Shown: positions 24,878 through 37,668 of the stretch, in pieces
Numbering within the stretch: position 1 is the stretch's first letter
Layout of the letters: each line of letters begins with the position of its first letter
Assembly (NCBI RefSeq): GCF_009834535.1
Contig: NC_045696.1
Coordinates: 109,184,001-109,248,000 of the forward strand
Direction: 5' to 3'
Source: Camelus ferus
Lineage: Eukaryota
Length of the DNA: 64,000 nucleotides
Translations under genes and position numbers: made by a program
Notes under the pieces: generated by a model
The model's input: only the letters and a program-made list of their open reading frames with translations
Databases searched by the model: none
What the model was told of the DNA's origin: nothing

Positions 24878-26626
24878 AGGAGGGGGTGCCTCGGGGACTC
24901 GGAACCATTCCCCACTCTCCTCTGCCCTCTGCCACGCGGCCATTCCAGCAGCCCCTCCAGCTGCTGCTTCCCCACTTTCCCCAACCGGGCACTTGTTCCC
25001 ATGGACCTTCTGGTCCCCGGAGCTGAAGAAGGATGCTGCAGGGGAGAGGGGAGCTGTGAGCACCTGCACCCCAGGAGACCCTGCTTGCCAGCCCCACACT
25101 CTTCCTGGGCCCATGTACCATAAGCTTCACCTGCTGCCCAAGGCTTGCTGCCGGGGTAGTAACTGAAAGCTCAGAAGGGAGCCCCCTCGGCACCCCTAGT
25201 GGGCACTCAGGCCGGGAGGGAGGGGATTTGTCGATTTGAGGGGGGCTGATTTCCAAGGACAGCTGCCGCGGACACCAGGTGCGCTGGTTTAGCCTGGCTG
25301 AATTGTGGTCCCTCCCACCTCATCTGCTCCTCAGCTCCTCACTGCCTTCTTGGGATCATTAAGACATATCTCATGGGGACTGTTGAGGGTGTTAGTCCCG
25401 CAGAAGCCACCGCCTCAGCTGCTCACTGGAGAGGCTTGGGAGGCGCTGTGCAGTTTGTACATAATCCCCTTTCTTGTGGAAGAGAAGATTGAAGCGGGCT
25501 GCTGCAGGTGTGGCCCGGTTCCCGTGACTTCTGACCAGCCTCCCAGTTACCTCCCCTTCCCAAGTCCTTGGCCTGTGGCTGTTGATACTGATGGGTCCAC
25601 GGGATATTAGCTGTCCTCTTGTCCATCCTGAGCCCTGTTTTATATGCCCATGGGACCCACCCCCATCACCAGCCTCTTGAAATGGCTCCACAGCTCCTGT
25701 CCCTGGGACATCCTGTCGGTTTGGTTACGATCCCTGAACCAGATGATGTAAGTCACCACACAGGCATTGCCACAGTGGGCTTCCCAGCACCGGCTCTCCT
25801 GAAGGAGACTGGAGAGATGGCCTTGTTTTTGTCAGAGCCTTTGTTCCCACCTGGAGGGACTGGGAGAGGGAGCTGTGCTGGTGAGAACTAGTCCTGTGAG
25901 ATGTGAGATGTAGCTCAGAGGGTCCTCTGAGGGGAGCCCCCGTTGCAGCATGGTGCCATGAGGCTGGCTCCTCTAGCTGCCTGCGTCCAGTGTCCCAGAG
26001 CAGGGCCAGCGCTTGGCCAAGGGAGTGAAGCATCCAATGGCAGCCTGCCCATGGCCGTGACCTTGACTTCTGGTCTTAAAGAGTCCCCCAACTCAGCCCC
26101 AGGAGCAATTAGTGGGTTTTAGTCGTTTGTCTTGACTGTTTTTAGTTCTCCATGAATCTTTGTTTTTTTCCTTTACTGTTTTTAGGTTTTGTATGTTATT
26201 TTATTCCCGTGGTTCCTCAAGTTTCCTTTTTAAACATTTGCATTTGCTGGACAATTGCATATTTTTTTAAATCCACCCCCCAACCCCTCTTTAAAGCTGA
26301 AAAATGCATTTGGTTCTTGTGCATTGTTTACAAAGCAAAAAGAAAAAAAAAGAAAAAAAGGCAAAAAAATATTGTGAAAGGAAAAAAAAAAACTTAATAT
26401 ATTTTGGATTAATATTTGGTATTTCTTTTAAAGTATTTTTTTGTGCTGTGAACATTTTCTGCCAAAGACCATGATGTGTGTCTGTATGTTTAAGTTATGG
26501 TAAATATTTAAAGTGTAAACATGGCTGTTTTGTTATGCCACCCTGTACCAGGATTGCTGCTGCATTCCATTGGGTATAACAGTATTTTAATTAAATTTTT
26601 TTTTAATTAAAAGTGGTGTCTTTTCA
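24878..26626 (+). other. AMOTL2: AMOTL2 3' UTR (end approximate)
   Basis: Follows the stop codon; AU-rich distal 500 nt ending in ATTAAA hexamers. Confidence 0.8.
26590..26611 (+). terminator. Tandem ATTAAA polyadenylation signals (26590-26595 and 26606-26611)
   Basis: Variant poly(A) hexamers at the end of the AU-rich UTR, followed by GT-rich sequence and an abrupt change in composition. Confidence 0.7.
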
Positions 26627-29600
26627 TCGGTGAGAGGGCGGGTAAGGACTTTGGGGGGCCACCCATGTCATAGTCCCTGACCCCTTGTGGCACTGAGTTG
26701 GACCTCCACTTGCCCACCCCATGATCTGTGCGCTTTGGTTCTTAAACACTGGCTGGAGCATATCCGTGTACAGCCAGCTCAGGGTCACTGCCACTTCTCG
26801 GACGTGAGGCGTGAAGAGTGCCGCTTTCCATTTTCTGATTGTAGGAAGCCAGTGGGTGAAGCAGGTCCGTCCTTATTTGCAAGGCTAGGAGGGTACACAG
26901 TGTAATCTCTTCAAGATCCATGACAAGTCCTGGGAATTTTGTGAGGCTGCATTAAGGAGAGTTGGAGTGAGGATGTGGTTGGCTTTCTTGCCACTTTTAC
27001 ATTTTTCTCTCAGTCTGGGAGGGGCCGGCAGATGGGGGGCCTCCCCAGGTAGCTTTGTCGTAACTGGCTTTGTCGGCCCCACGCTGTGGTTACCCTATAG
27101 CAGGAGTAGGTGTCCAAAGGTGGCTTTATCCTCCCTTCCCCCTGCCCAGCACAGGGAGTCCTTGTCCTGGACCATCTGAGAGACAAGACCACGCTGGGAC
27201 ACGGGGAGAGGGTGTTCATGTGTGTGGCACGATCTTGGGTGCCGCCTCCTTCCCTGGTGTTGGCACTTGCCTGAGGCCCAGGAAAACAAATCATTCCAAT
27301 GCACAAAAGAGCAAACCCTTCCCAATTTCAGGTGTCCTCGTATCAGAAACAAAGCCCCTGCCTCCACGGGCCATTCGGCACCCCGAGTTTCCCCATCCAG
27401 ATGTGGGCTGGCAGTAGAGGCTGACCACCAGGCTGACCACCTGGTGGTCACATGCCTGGTGGGCACGTGATGGGAACAGCCACCCCCATGGCCGTGAGGG
27501 AAGTATTCTCAGGGCAGGTGTCGGGGCACAGCGGCCATGTGGATGAGTAGCCACATAGGACCCCAGAGGACGGCTTCCTGAGCTGGTCTACCTGTCTGCC
27601 CACAAGAGCTGAGCCAAGCAGGTAGGGGAATTTGAAACATTCAAGGACTTTTTGGCCACATTGCAGATGGCCACGGGCCCTCCAGGATGAGGATGGGGAG
27701 GTCTCCATGCAGGATTCCCTGCCCAGCATGATGCATCTTGTGGCCATGCCTCCATCCCAGCTCTCTCTGCCCACTTCCCACCCACTGGGCACCATTGTGC
27801 CTCTCTTCCTCCTACCAGGCCCCGTACTGGGATTTGCTGTGTGGCATGTGGATAGGTTGCCCTCCTAGGATGCAGGCCGGTCCTCAGAGGTGGCCTGAAC
27901 AGCAGAGTTCCTGTTCCCACCTGCTTCCCTTGGCCACACCAGCCCACCATGCTGAGACATGGTGTCCGGACAAAATGGTGTTCCAAAGAGCTGTCTAGCA
28001 AAGAAGTTCCTGTTCACCTCCACTTGCCCCTTAAAAGAGACCCGGAGGGCAGCTCGAACCCATGCAATAAGGCCTTACAAGGGCATCATTCCAACCCCAG
28101 CACCTTGGCCAGGGGTTTCAAAGCATCTGTGCCTCTTGCAGGAGTCACTGTCAAGAGTCACTGTAATATTTCCTTGGCTCAGAGCGGGGTGGGGGTGAAG
28201 AAACCAGTGCGCCCAGCACATGTCCGTGCATGTGTATTTGTGCATGTGTCTGTGCAAGCGTGTGCCTGAGCATGTGCCCCAGAGAAAGGCGGGAGGGCAC
28301 GGACACCTTCTAGCTGGGACCCTTGCAGGACAACGGGGCTCTCCAGCCACAGAGTCACCAGTGGGTGTGCGGGGTCTTCACGGGTTGAGCAGTCTTCTCA
28401 GTGGCCTTTGAAATTCAGCCTAACGAAGCTCAGGAGCTGGTGAGCGGCAGGTCGTGTGTGGTTGGGCTGGCCCTGAGGAGGGGCGTGTTTGCCTGTGTGC
28501 CTGGGGTCACCCGTGATGAGGGGGCAGGTCCCTGGGTCCCTCAGGTGGCTCTGCTGGGCCCTTGGAGGCCCAGTTCCTCTGTGAGGGACAGTCCAGCTCT
28601 GCCTGCTCCTCCCCTCCCCCAGAGGGTGGGAAGTTCAACCAGCGGGCGCGCCTCCAGTGCTTTCTGCTCTCTCCCCTCTCACCTCCGGGTTAATCATTAA
28701 CTTCTCCTGGCCCAAGCAGAGCAGGTGTCAGGCTCAGCGGGCTTGGCGAATGTGCCAAGACGGGGGCAGCAGATTAGGGTCCAGTCTCCCAGAAACAGCT
28801 AAAGGCCCTCCACTGGCTCGGGGAGCCCCAGCTGGACAGAAACCTTGTTTGCAGTTGCCACCGTCTTGTCTCCTAGCTTGGTGAGGACCCGGCTAGGACG
28901 AGGTGGGCCCAGCACAGTGGTCTCTGTGTGTGACTGACAGCTCGAGGGCCCAGAAGCCCCAGCACCAAGCAGCGCCTTTGTGGGCCCGCCAGGCCGGGGT
29001 CCAACCCAGGGGGAAAGCCCCACAGCACCCACGCACTCAGCACTTGTTTTTTTTTTTTCATTGAGACATAATTCACATACTATAAAATCCACCCTTTTAA
29101 AGTATACAGTTCAGGGTATTTTATATCACAGCATCCATTTTAAACCAGCGGTCAACCAAGGGTCATCTGCCAGTGTCCCGCCAGTGGTCCACATGGACAT
29201 AATTAGAAGCGCTATTTGATCTGGCGTATTCACACTTGTCGGCTCCTTCTTCTCAAGAGGACACTTTGATCTTTCTAGGGCTGACAGCCTCCTTCCACCG
29301 GGCCAGCCGGCAGCTCCGCACACCTCCCCTGGGCTGTGGAGAGGACGCTGCCCGCTCTGAGCTGGAGCCCCCCACCATCTGACCCCCAGGCTGCCAGGCA
29401 GCGGCCCCGGCCTGAGGTTTGGGAAGAAGGCCCGTCAGCCCTGAGCCCCCAGGCACCCCACTGTCTGCTCAAGGTTTTCCAGAGTCGAGGAGCACTGGCA
29501 GGGGTGGGCTCAATTTTGTGCGAGCTGAAGTTTCTCTAATTTGAGGGGACCATCTTTAAGGAGAAGAATGCAAAAGGCAAATACAAAATGAGGTCTAGAG

Positions 29601-31895
29601 TCTTGGAAGGGGCTCATTCAAGGGAGCTTCTTGAGACACGAGCTTCATTAATCTCCTGGTCAGGCTGCATCTGGGCATTAATGGGGTACCGTTTCTCCCC
29701 AGAAGAATGAAGCTCTGGGAGATGCTATGACTCGGGTGCATCCTTGTCCTAGATGCGGCCTGGAGCGGGGTGGGGGTGGGGTCAATGAGGCTGCAGTTAT
29801 GCTCCAACCTGGGGCACAAGGCTGTCTGCCCTCTGCTCTCACCCACCAAGCAAAGCTCTAGCCCCCAGCCAGAGTTTGGTGAGGCCATGGGGTGAGGGTG
29901 GGGACACACAGGCATCTGCCAGTCAGCTCTCCAGGTGCCCTTGGAGAGCCAGGCCACTTGATGGTGGCAGGGCCTGTCCGTCCGCTTTCGATTCTGAGCC
30001 AGCCAAATGTCACAAGCTGTCCTCAGATAAATGTCTCTTGCGAGTCCAAAGGCTCCTACCTGGGGCACATTCCAGGTGTGGTTGGGCAACAACGTGGACA
30101 ATTCCCTGCACTGGTCTGCCTCTTCTTGCATCAATTTGGCCTTCTTTTCCAGCTCCAGGAAGCTCTGCCCCCTCTCTCCTCGGCAGCCGGTGCCTGCTCA
30201 ATGCGATGCACGTGGAAATTCTCATAGTGTGTTACATCATCAGCAAAAATACCCAGATCACAATTGTGGAGTGACTAACAGCACAAGGCATGGCTCGAGT
30301 TTGCCCTGAGAACGACGGCAATCTTCCCTAATTTAACATAAAGGAAAACAGTCCTCTTTCCCAGAGACTTTTCTCCAAGGCTTGGGTTCTCTGCCTCAGC
30401 AAGAGAACTGGCTTCTCTTTACTTCATCCTATCTCTCTGTAAGTGTCCTGGCCTTCTCTCCACACATTCATTCATTCATTCATTCATGTTATGGATGTTT
30501 ATTGATTGCCTGCCATGTTCCCAGCACTGTGGCAGGCATGGAGGGCACAGTGATGGATAAAGCAAATTTGTGTCCAAACACCTTTATGTCCCTCCCATCA
30601 CTTTTAATTTTATACCCCATCCTGAGCCAAGCACAGGGGCTGACTAAATGAGTATTTTTGACAAGAACTAGCCCATCCACTTGCCTGGCTCAGAATACCA
30701 CCACCTTCCCATGTCCACCCAGACAAACAAACAAACGATGGATGGTTCTGAGTGCACTGTGGTCTCTCTCACCCCTGGGCCTTTGCACATGCTATTCCTT
30801 TTCCCTGTCTCATCTCTTTTCTCCTCTCTTGACTTGTTTAATTCAAAAGTCATCCATCAAAACCCAGCTTAAACATCTCTTCCTCCTGTAGCCTCCCCTC
30901 CACAGCTTCCTTTAATTTGTCCCAGGACCAGAAGGAGGAGGAGGTGAGGCTTGCAGATGGAGGGACCCTTGTTAGCAGATACTAGTCTGTGGTCCTGCTG
31001 GTTGAAAGGGAGCAGGTAAGGAGATATAGCTGATATTTTCAATTACGCAGAGGTTCCTCCTGTCCCCTGCTGGAGTCACAGATGGCCCTGAACACTTCCT
31101 GGACAGTAGTCCCTTAAGATGTTTTGGCAGAGGGTCTGCCATGCCCCCTTCTCCTTGGCCACACCCCCACCATTCTGGAGCTAGGGGATGAAGAAACAAA
31201 GTCTGTGGGTAGAGTCTTGGGGTCAGAGAAGGAGAAGTTGAGCTGGAGGGCTTGGGTCGAGGTGGAAGGGAGTAGTTGAGCAGGTGGCCGTGGGTGTGTG
31301 AGCCCAGAACCAGCTCTGCCGGATGACTGGCCCGTGAGGCAGGCCCAGGCGCTGCAGGCCACGTGGGCCTTGGCCAGCCCAGCCGTGGGAACAGCTGGCA
31401 GAACCAAATTCCCTCCACCTCCAAGAGAGCCGCTCCTGCCCAGCCTTGCCAGCTCTGGGTGCCCTTTGGGAACAGGCCAGCATCAGGGGAAGGGGCAGAG
31501 TGGAACTCTTTTTTTATCAGGACAACAGTTCCCAGCCATGCCCTATGATACTTGAGTCCCAAGAACAACTCATGAGGGTTCAGACCCAGAGCACTGTGCT
31601 CACAGCCGGACAGGGATTGGGGGCCGGGAGCTTCTGCGGCCCCCCAACCCCCAACCCCGTGTCCAGCTGACAATGCTTCAGCCTCTCAGACCATCTCTGC
31701 CGCACTCGCCCAGTCGACAAATATCCATGAAACCCTTCTATGCACCAGACACTATTCGAGGTCCTGGGGAGAATTTGGGAATAAAGCAGATAAATCCCTG
31801 CCCTGTGGAGCTTGCATTCAAACAGCAATGGGATGGGGGGAAGACAGACAGGAAACTGAATAAATTTTATAGACTGTGTTAGAATAATGATTCTT

Positions 31896-32527
31896 TTTTA
31901 AAAAGACAAGTTTATTGTGGTATGATTTCTGTACAGTAAACTACACATATTTCAGATGTACAATTTGATGAATTTTGATAGATGTCTACACCCATGCAAC
32001 CACCACCACAATTGAGATACCTAACATTTCCATCACTCCCCATGAGGGGCAAACCTCAAACTTCCAATTTATCCCCTCCCATCTCCTTTACTCCCTGGCA
32101 ACCATAAGTTTGTTCTCTATGTCTGTGAGTCTGTTTCTGTTTTGTAAAGACGTTCATTTGTGTCTTTTTTTTTTTTAATTCTGCATATAAGTGATATCTA
32201 TGGCATTTTTCTTTCTCTTTCTGGCTTACTTCATTTAGAATGATGATTTCCAGATTCGTCCATGTTGCTGCAAATGGCATTATTTTATTCTTTTTTATGG
32301 CTGAATAGTATTTCATTGTATAACTATATCACACTTCCTTATCCAGTCATTTGTCTGTGGACATTTAGGTTGTTTCCATGTCTTGGCTAATGCAAATAGC
32401 GCTGCTGTGAACATTGGGGCACATGCGTCTTTTCGAATTATATTTTTCCATCAGATATATGCCCAGGAGTGGATTATTTTTAGTTTTTTAATGAACCTTC
32501 ATACCGTCCTCTATAGCGACTGCATAC
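31896..32527 (-). mobile_element. 5'-truncated L1 insertion with TSD; apparently chimeric 3' end
   Basis: The minus strand encodes the ORF2 C-terminus YYSAIKKNKIMPFAATWTNLEIIILNEVSQ; flanked by aa(t/c)aatgattctt at 31883-31895 and 32528-32540. Confidence 0.9.
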
Positions 32528-34139
32528 AACAATGATTCTTATACTGCCTGTGCAAAAGGCCAGTTTATTTTTTTTTCCAATCTGCATTTGGATTTCTGGG
32601 CAAAGTCAAATTGCTGTAGATTTTGAAGTACAGAAGTTTCCATCTGCTTACACTCAGTTTCTGTGCTCATATCCTCTCGTGGGGCCGGGCCACACTGTGT
32701 GAGAAGGTGATGAGAGCTCTGGGGAAAATGGAAGAGGGCCAGAGAGATGAAGAGTTGAAAAGCGAGGTGAAGGGTGACAGGGGTTGCAATTTTCGAGGGG
32801 TGGTTATTGAGAAGGTGACATTTGAGTGAAGATTTGAAGCAGGTAAAGGAAAGAGCCATGCATGTATCTGAAGAAAGAATCTCTCCAGACAGAAGTGTTA
32901 AGAAAAGGAGAGTTTTACAAACTTGGACTTTGGTCGTGGCAGGGGGCAGGAAGTGAGGGAGCACTGTAAAGGGGGAAGAAATGGGGATCTCCAAGGACAC
33001 CCTCCTTGAATTCTGCAGTGTCTGCAGCCACCCAATGTGGCTTCTCCCCGGCGTGGGCCTGGGGTGGTCCACATCCCCTCCGAGCATCCGTCCGCAGCCC
33101 AGGCAGGGCCTCCCTGGAGCCACTGTGATCCTAATGGCAGCGCAGTTTCCCTGAAAAGGGTCTCCTCCCTCTTTTTAGAACTCTTTTCCATTCTCGCCAG
33201 CTCTCAACACCTGCCACAGTCACCCAGAACACCAAACGCCGGCCATTCTCTCGGTAAAAAGACATTGTTTGCCAAGCTCAGTGCATCTACCTTCAGCCCT
33301 GAACAGAAGAGGTGCTTCCAGCCCCGGAGGTGGCTTGACCCCCATCGCTGTGGGGGTCCACGTCGCTGCGGGGCCATGACTACAAGGAAGGTTCCATCTG
33401 AGTTCTTTCTGCATCTGAGCCCAGGGTACACGGCACAGTGGACACGTGGCGATTCCCTTCTCTTGCTGCCTACATTTTCACACCTGCAAGTGCAAGTCCA
33501 GTCACATACACACACTTCCACACCACACACACCCCCAGACTTGAAATACACTCACGGGCTTGGCCACGTGCACATCTGCCCACAAACATCCAGCATAAAC
33601 CTTCATGTACTCTAAAGTAGGCATGCACACTTTTAAACACACACACACATTCACACAGAAATGTACACGGGCTCCTTGCACACGCACTCACTCTTCCCCA
33701 AGAGAGTTTCTACCAGGAGCAAACACCCCGTGTCTGCAGCGAGCGGCAGACAGACGGATGGGACAAAGTACACTTGTGCATTCAGGTGGCCCCACCGACA
33801 GCCTCACAGGAGCAGGCAGCGGGCGAGTCCCCTCACCCTCAGACCTTCGGGAGGGCAAGGCTGGGGCGGGGTCAGGTTCGGGCAGGAGTATGTCAGAGCT
33901 CCCCGGGAGCTGACTCAAGGCCAGGGGCAGACAGCCGTGTGCATTCCTGACAAGTAGGTCACCGTGACGAGAAGTGCTGGCCGACATGCCGGGACCCAAG
34001 GTCGACTGAAACACACTTGGGGAAAACCCAGCCGTCATGGGCGGCAGGTGTTAAATAGGTGTTACCTTTTATTCCAGTCCTTTGTTAGGTCGATGCAGCA
34101 TAGGGGAGCATGTGTCAGGGGCAAGCGCCCTTGCTGTGT

Positions 34140-34650
34140 ATAATAACTGATTACTGCTTGTTAGTTTTTTAGTGGATTCCTTGGGATTTTTTATATACAA
34201 GATTATGTCATCTATACATAGAGATTGTTTTACTTTTCCCTTTCTAATCTGGGTAACTTGTGTTTAATTTTCTTGCCTAACTGCTCTGGCTACAACTGCT
34301 AGTACAATACTGAATAGAAGCAATGATAGCAGATATCCTTGCCTTGCCCCTAGGGGAAAAGCATTTATTTTTTACCATTAAATATAAGTTATTTGTAGAT
34401 GCCCTTTATCAAGTTTAGGAGGTTCTTTTCTGTTCTTGGTTTGTTGAGTGCTTTTATCATGAAACAGTGTTAGATTTTAGTCAAATGTGTTTTCTGTGAT
34501 CATGTGCTTTTTGTCATTAAACCAATAGGAGAATTATATTAATTTCTAGATGTTACACAAAGCTTACATTCCTGGGGTAAATCCCACTTGACCATGGTAT
34601 ATAATCTTTTTTGTAGGGATTAATTCTGCTAGTAGTTCCTTGAGGATTTT
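34140..34650 (-). mobile_element. Old L1 ORF2 fragment
   Basis: tggattccttgggatttt...gattatgtcatct...gatatccttgccttg...gtagatgccctttatcaag...ggtaaatcccacttgaccatggtata. Confidence 0.85.
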
Positions 34651-36139
34651 TCCCACAGGAATATAAGCTTGGGAAAGCTGGGGCCACATCATTGCTGGAT
34701 TCCCAGTCCTTCTAGCAGTGCCAGGTGCAGTGAGGGCTCACGGAGCCCCAAGAAATGAATGGAAAACTGAATCTGGAAAACACAGGATCCCATGAGCCTC
34801 CAAAGAGCTCATGTTAGAAATAGTGACCATTACATTGTCACAAATATCTGAGGATGCGTGATCCTTGTCAAGCACAGAGGCAGGGGAGACTATGAAAAAA
34901 CCAAACTTACAATGAAGCCTTTCCCAGGGAAGGGGACGTTGGGCGGCTCAGTCCACCAGTCAGGGGTAACTCACTTTGGGGGCCCAGACTCAGGAGGCAG
35001 AAGCTTTTGGGGACTTGGCATCTCCCCACAACAGACAGCTCCCGGCAGCCAGGGAAGCATGGCAAGGTCCCAGGATGGTGACGAAAGCTCTAGGGCCTCT
35101 GAGAACAAACACGAGACAGACGAGTGCGTGTGCTGCGCACAGCAGGGTCTTGTCTGCTGTGGTCCGGGCGTGAATTTCTGGATGCTGTGGCAGCCAAATC
35201 TGTCACTACTTACATGCCTGGCCTTAATACAACTTCTGAGTAGGTTTTTAAGCTATCCTGAAAACAGGGCTATTAATCTGGACCTCTGGGAGCTGGCACG
35301 GGGGTTACATGAGATAATGTATGAACAGCCCCTGGCATAGAATTTGCCTTGGTAAATGAGGACATTATTATTTTCATGGTCATTTTTATCAATTTTAAAA
35401 TGATTCTAGAAGGAAGTCCACTGACAGCCAGGCTCTCTGGTAGCTTTATTTTTTTCATAACTTTAAAAATCCCCTGGTAGGGGCCATTTGGACCAATCCA
35501 AGCCCCAGAAAGCATGAGGCAACCTGCCCCTCAACCAAGAGCAGGTATCAGGGTTTCACCCTCACCTCTAACCTGGACACGGATGAAGGCTTCTTCCCGA
35601 CAAGCAGGAAAGAAAGCTTTCTCTTGTCTCTCTGAGTTGGAGCTTTAGGGTAAAGGAAAGCTGCCCCTTCCTTTCGCCCCTCCCTCCCCCACCATGTGTC
35701 AGGCTGCCTCTTGACACGGTAAGAACAGTCCAGGCACAACGCCAAGGCAGTGGTGCAAGGGGGCACCGCTGGAAGAAAGCTGGGTGTGGCCAGAGAGTTG
35801 GGGTGATGGGCGCAGCCTGCCAGCTCTAAGGTGGGACTCCGGCTCCTGCCCTCCCCGAGCGCTGGGAGCTCCTCCCCGGATTCTGGCTCGGGCCTGAGCT
35901 CCTTATCTCCTCCATACCAGCCTTATCAGAGCAATTCAGTGAATCCACCAAGAATGTATTGCTGCCCTTTCAGCAACCAAAGTGCTTGTGGAGCTGGCCT
36001 TGGGCCCTGCCTGCTCTTCCAGCAAGCAGAGCAGCAGAATGAGCCAGGCCAGAGCTCCAGCTTGAAATGCCCCCAAGACCAGGACCAGTGATGCCTCTCC
36101 ATCCCGGTGAGAGCTAAGCACCTTCTATAATAAATTACA

Positions 36140-36540
36140 ATTCAGCCACGCACAGGTACAAACTGACAGCTGGAGGTGGGAGGGATGGGGGAGGGATCAG
36201 AAGGCAGAATGCAGAGGGTTTTTTGGGCAGGGAAACTGCCCTGTATGCTACTATCATGGTGGATAGAGGTCATCATACATTTGTCCAAATCCGTAGAATG
36301 TATGACACCAGGAGTGAGCCCTACTGTGAACTTAGGACTTAGGGTGATCATGACGTGTTGATGTTTGTTCATCAGTTATAACAAATGTGCCACTGGGGTG
36401 GGGGATGTTGTTGGTGAGGAAGCTGGGCATGGGGTGGGGGCAGGGGGCATGTGGGGAATCTCTGTACCTTCCCCTTAATCTTTCTGTGAACCAAAAACTG
36501 CTTTAAAATAATAAAGTTCTAAAAAAAAAAAAAAAAACCC
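36140..36540 (+). mobile_element. L1MC-type 3' end with poly(A)
   Basis: catacatttgtccaaatccgtagaatgtatgacacca...aacaaatgtgccact...ctctgtacctt...aataaagttct followed by an A-run. Confidence 0.85.
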
Positions 36541-36559
36541 AAAACTCTGACACCTCACA

Positions 36560-37335
36560 GGTTTCATTTGGCTTTTAAGGAGAATAGGAAGAATTCCACT
36601 TACTAGATATAGAAGGAATGAGGAAATCCAAAATAATCATTAGAACCCCAGATCTGTGCAGGCAAGGTCCACCCCTGGAGATGAATCTCAGAGGGCAAAA
36701 GTTTAAGAAGAAACATGATATTTGCATAGTCTTAAAATACTCTCCCCCAAGCAAATTTTTGTTACTGACAAAGAGGAAAAGGGTAACTTTGGAGAAACCT
36801 GGCAGATTTTACCTTAACTAAGTGACCAAGGGGTTAACATCCTCGGTAATTAAACACATTGTGATCATGTATCTCCGGATACTGTGCACTGAGGAGGACA
36901 TGCCACCCCTGTGACATCCTTTCCTATATTGCATAACTTCAACCTAATCGTAAGGAAACATCAGACAAATTCAAATTAAGGGACCTTCTAAAAAGTCAAT
37001 GACTAGTACTCGTAAAAAGTCTCAGGGTCTTGAAGAACTAAAGAATCGTCACAGATTGGAGGAGATTAATGAAAAATGACAAGCAAACATGACATGAGAC
37101 ACTGGATTAAATCTTGAAACAGGGAAAAAAAAACTATACATATTTATATATACATATGTGGATGAGGAAGTCTGTACTGAATAGTACTGTGCTGATGTTA
37201 ATTTCTTGGCCTTCAGAACTGTAATATAGTTGTGGGAGATGTTAATATCAAGGAAGCTGAGTAACGGGTATATGAGAACTCGCATCATTTTTGCAACGCT
37301 TCTGTAACTCTGAAGTGGTTGCAAAATAGAAAATC
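36560..37335 (+). mobile_element. L1MC3/4-like 3' UTR fragment
   Basis: ggagaaacctggcaga...aaacatcagacaaattcaaattaagggac...gatgttaatttcttgg...tttttgcaac. Confidence 0.75.
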
Positions 37336-37668
37336 AGAAACGCAGTTGTGTAATGATTTGCTTGATGCCTGTGTCCCCTGCTAGGCTATAAACTTCCCAA
37401 GGACAGGGACCATGAATGCAGTCATTTTCATCATTGCACTGTTACATGTGTCTGACACAAAGGGGGGAATTCAATAAATCCGTGCTGAGTAAATAGACTC
37501 ATGGATATTGACACAGAAAAAGTCCATGGCATTTTATTGAGTGAAAAATACAGGACACAACACATCACATATATAGTGTGTCAATATTTGTATAAACAAA
37601 AAGACTAAGGTTTTACAAACCAATGTTGACTGTGGTTGTCTCTGGAAGATAAAGTTATGGGTAATTTT

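Noticed and set aside
30972..31673. 233-aa minus-strand ORF, plus similar 190-224 aa ORFs at 32539, 33037 and 47758
   Set aside because: They have random GC-rich composition, partly overlap repeat remnants, and show no homology I can recognise.
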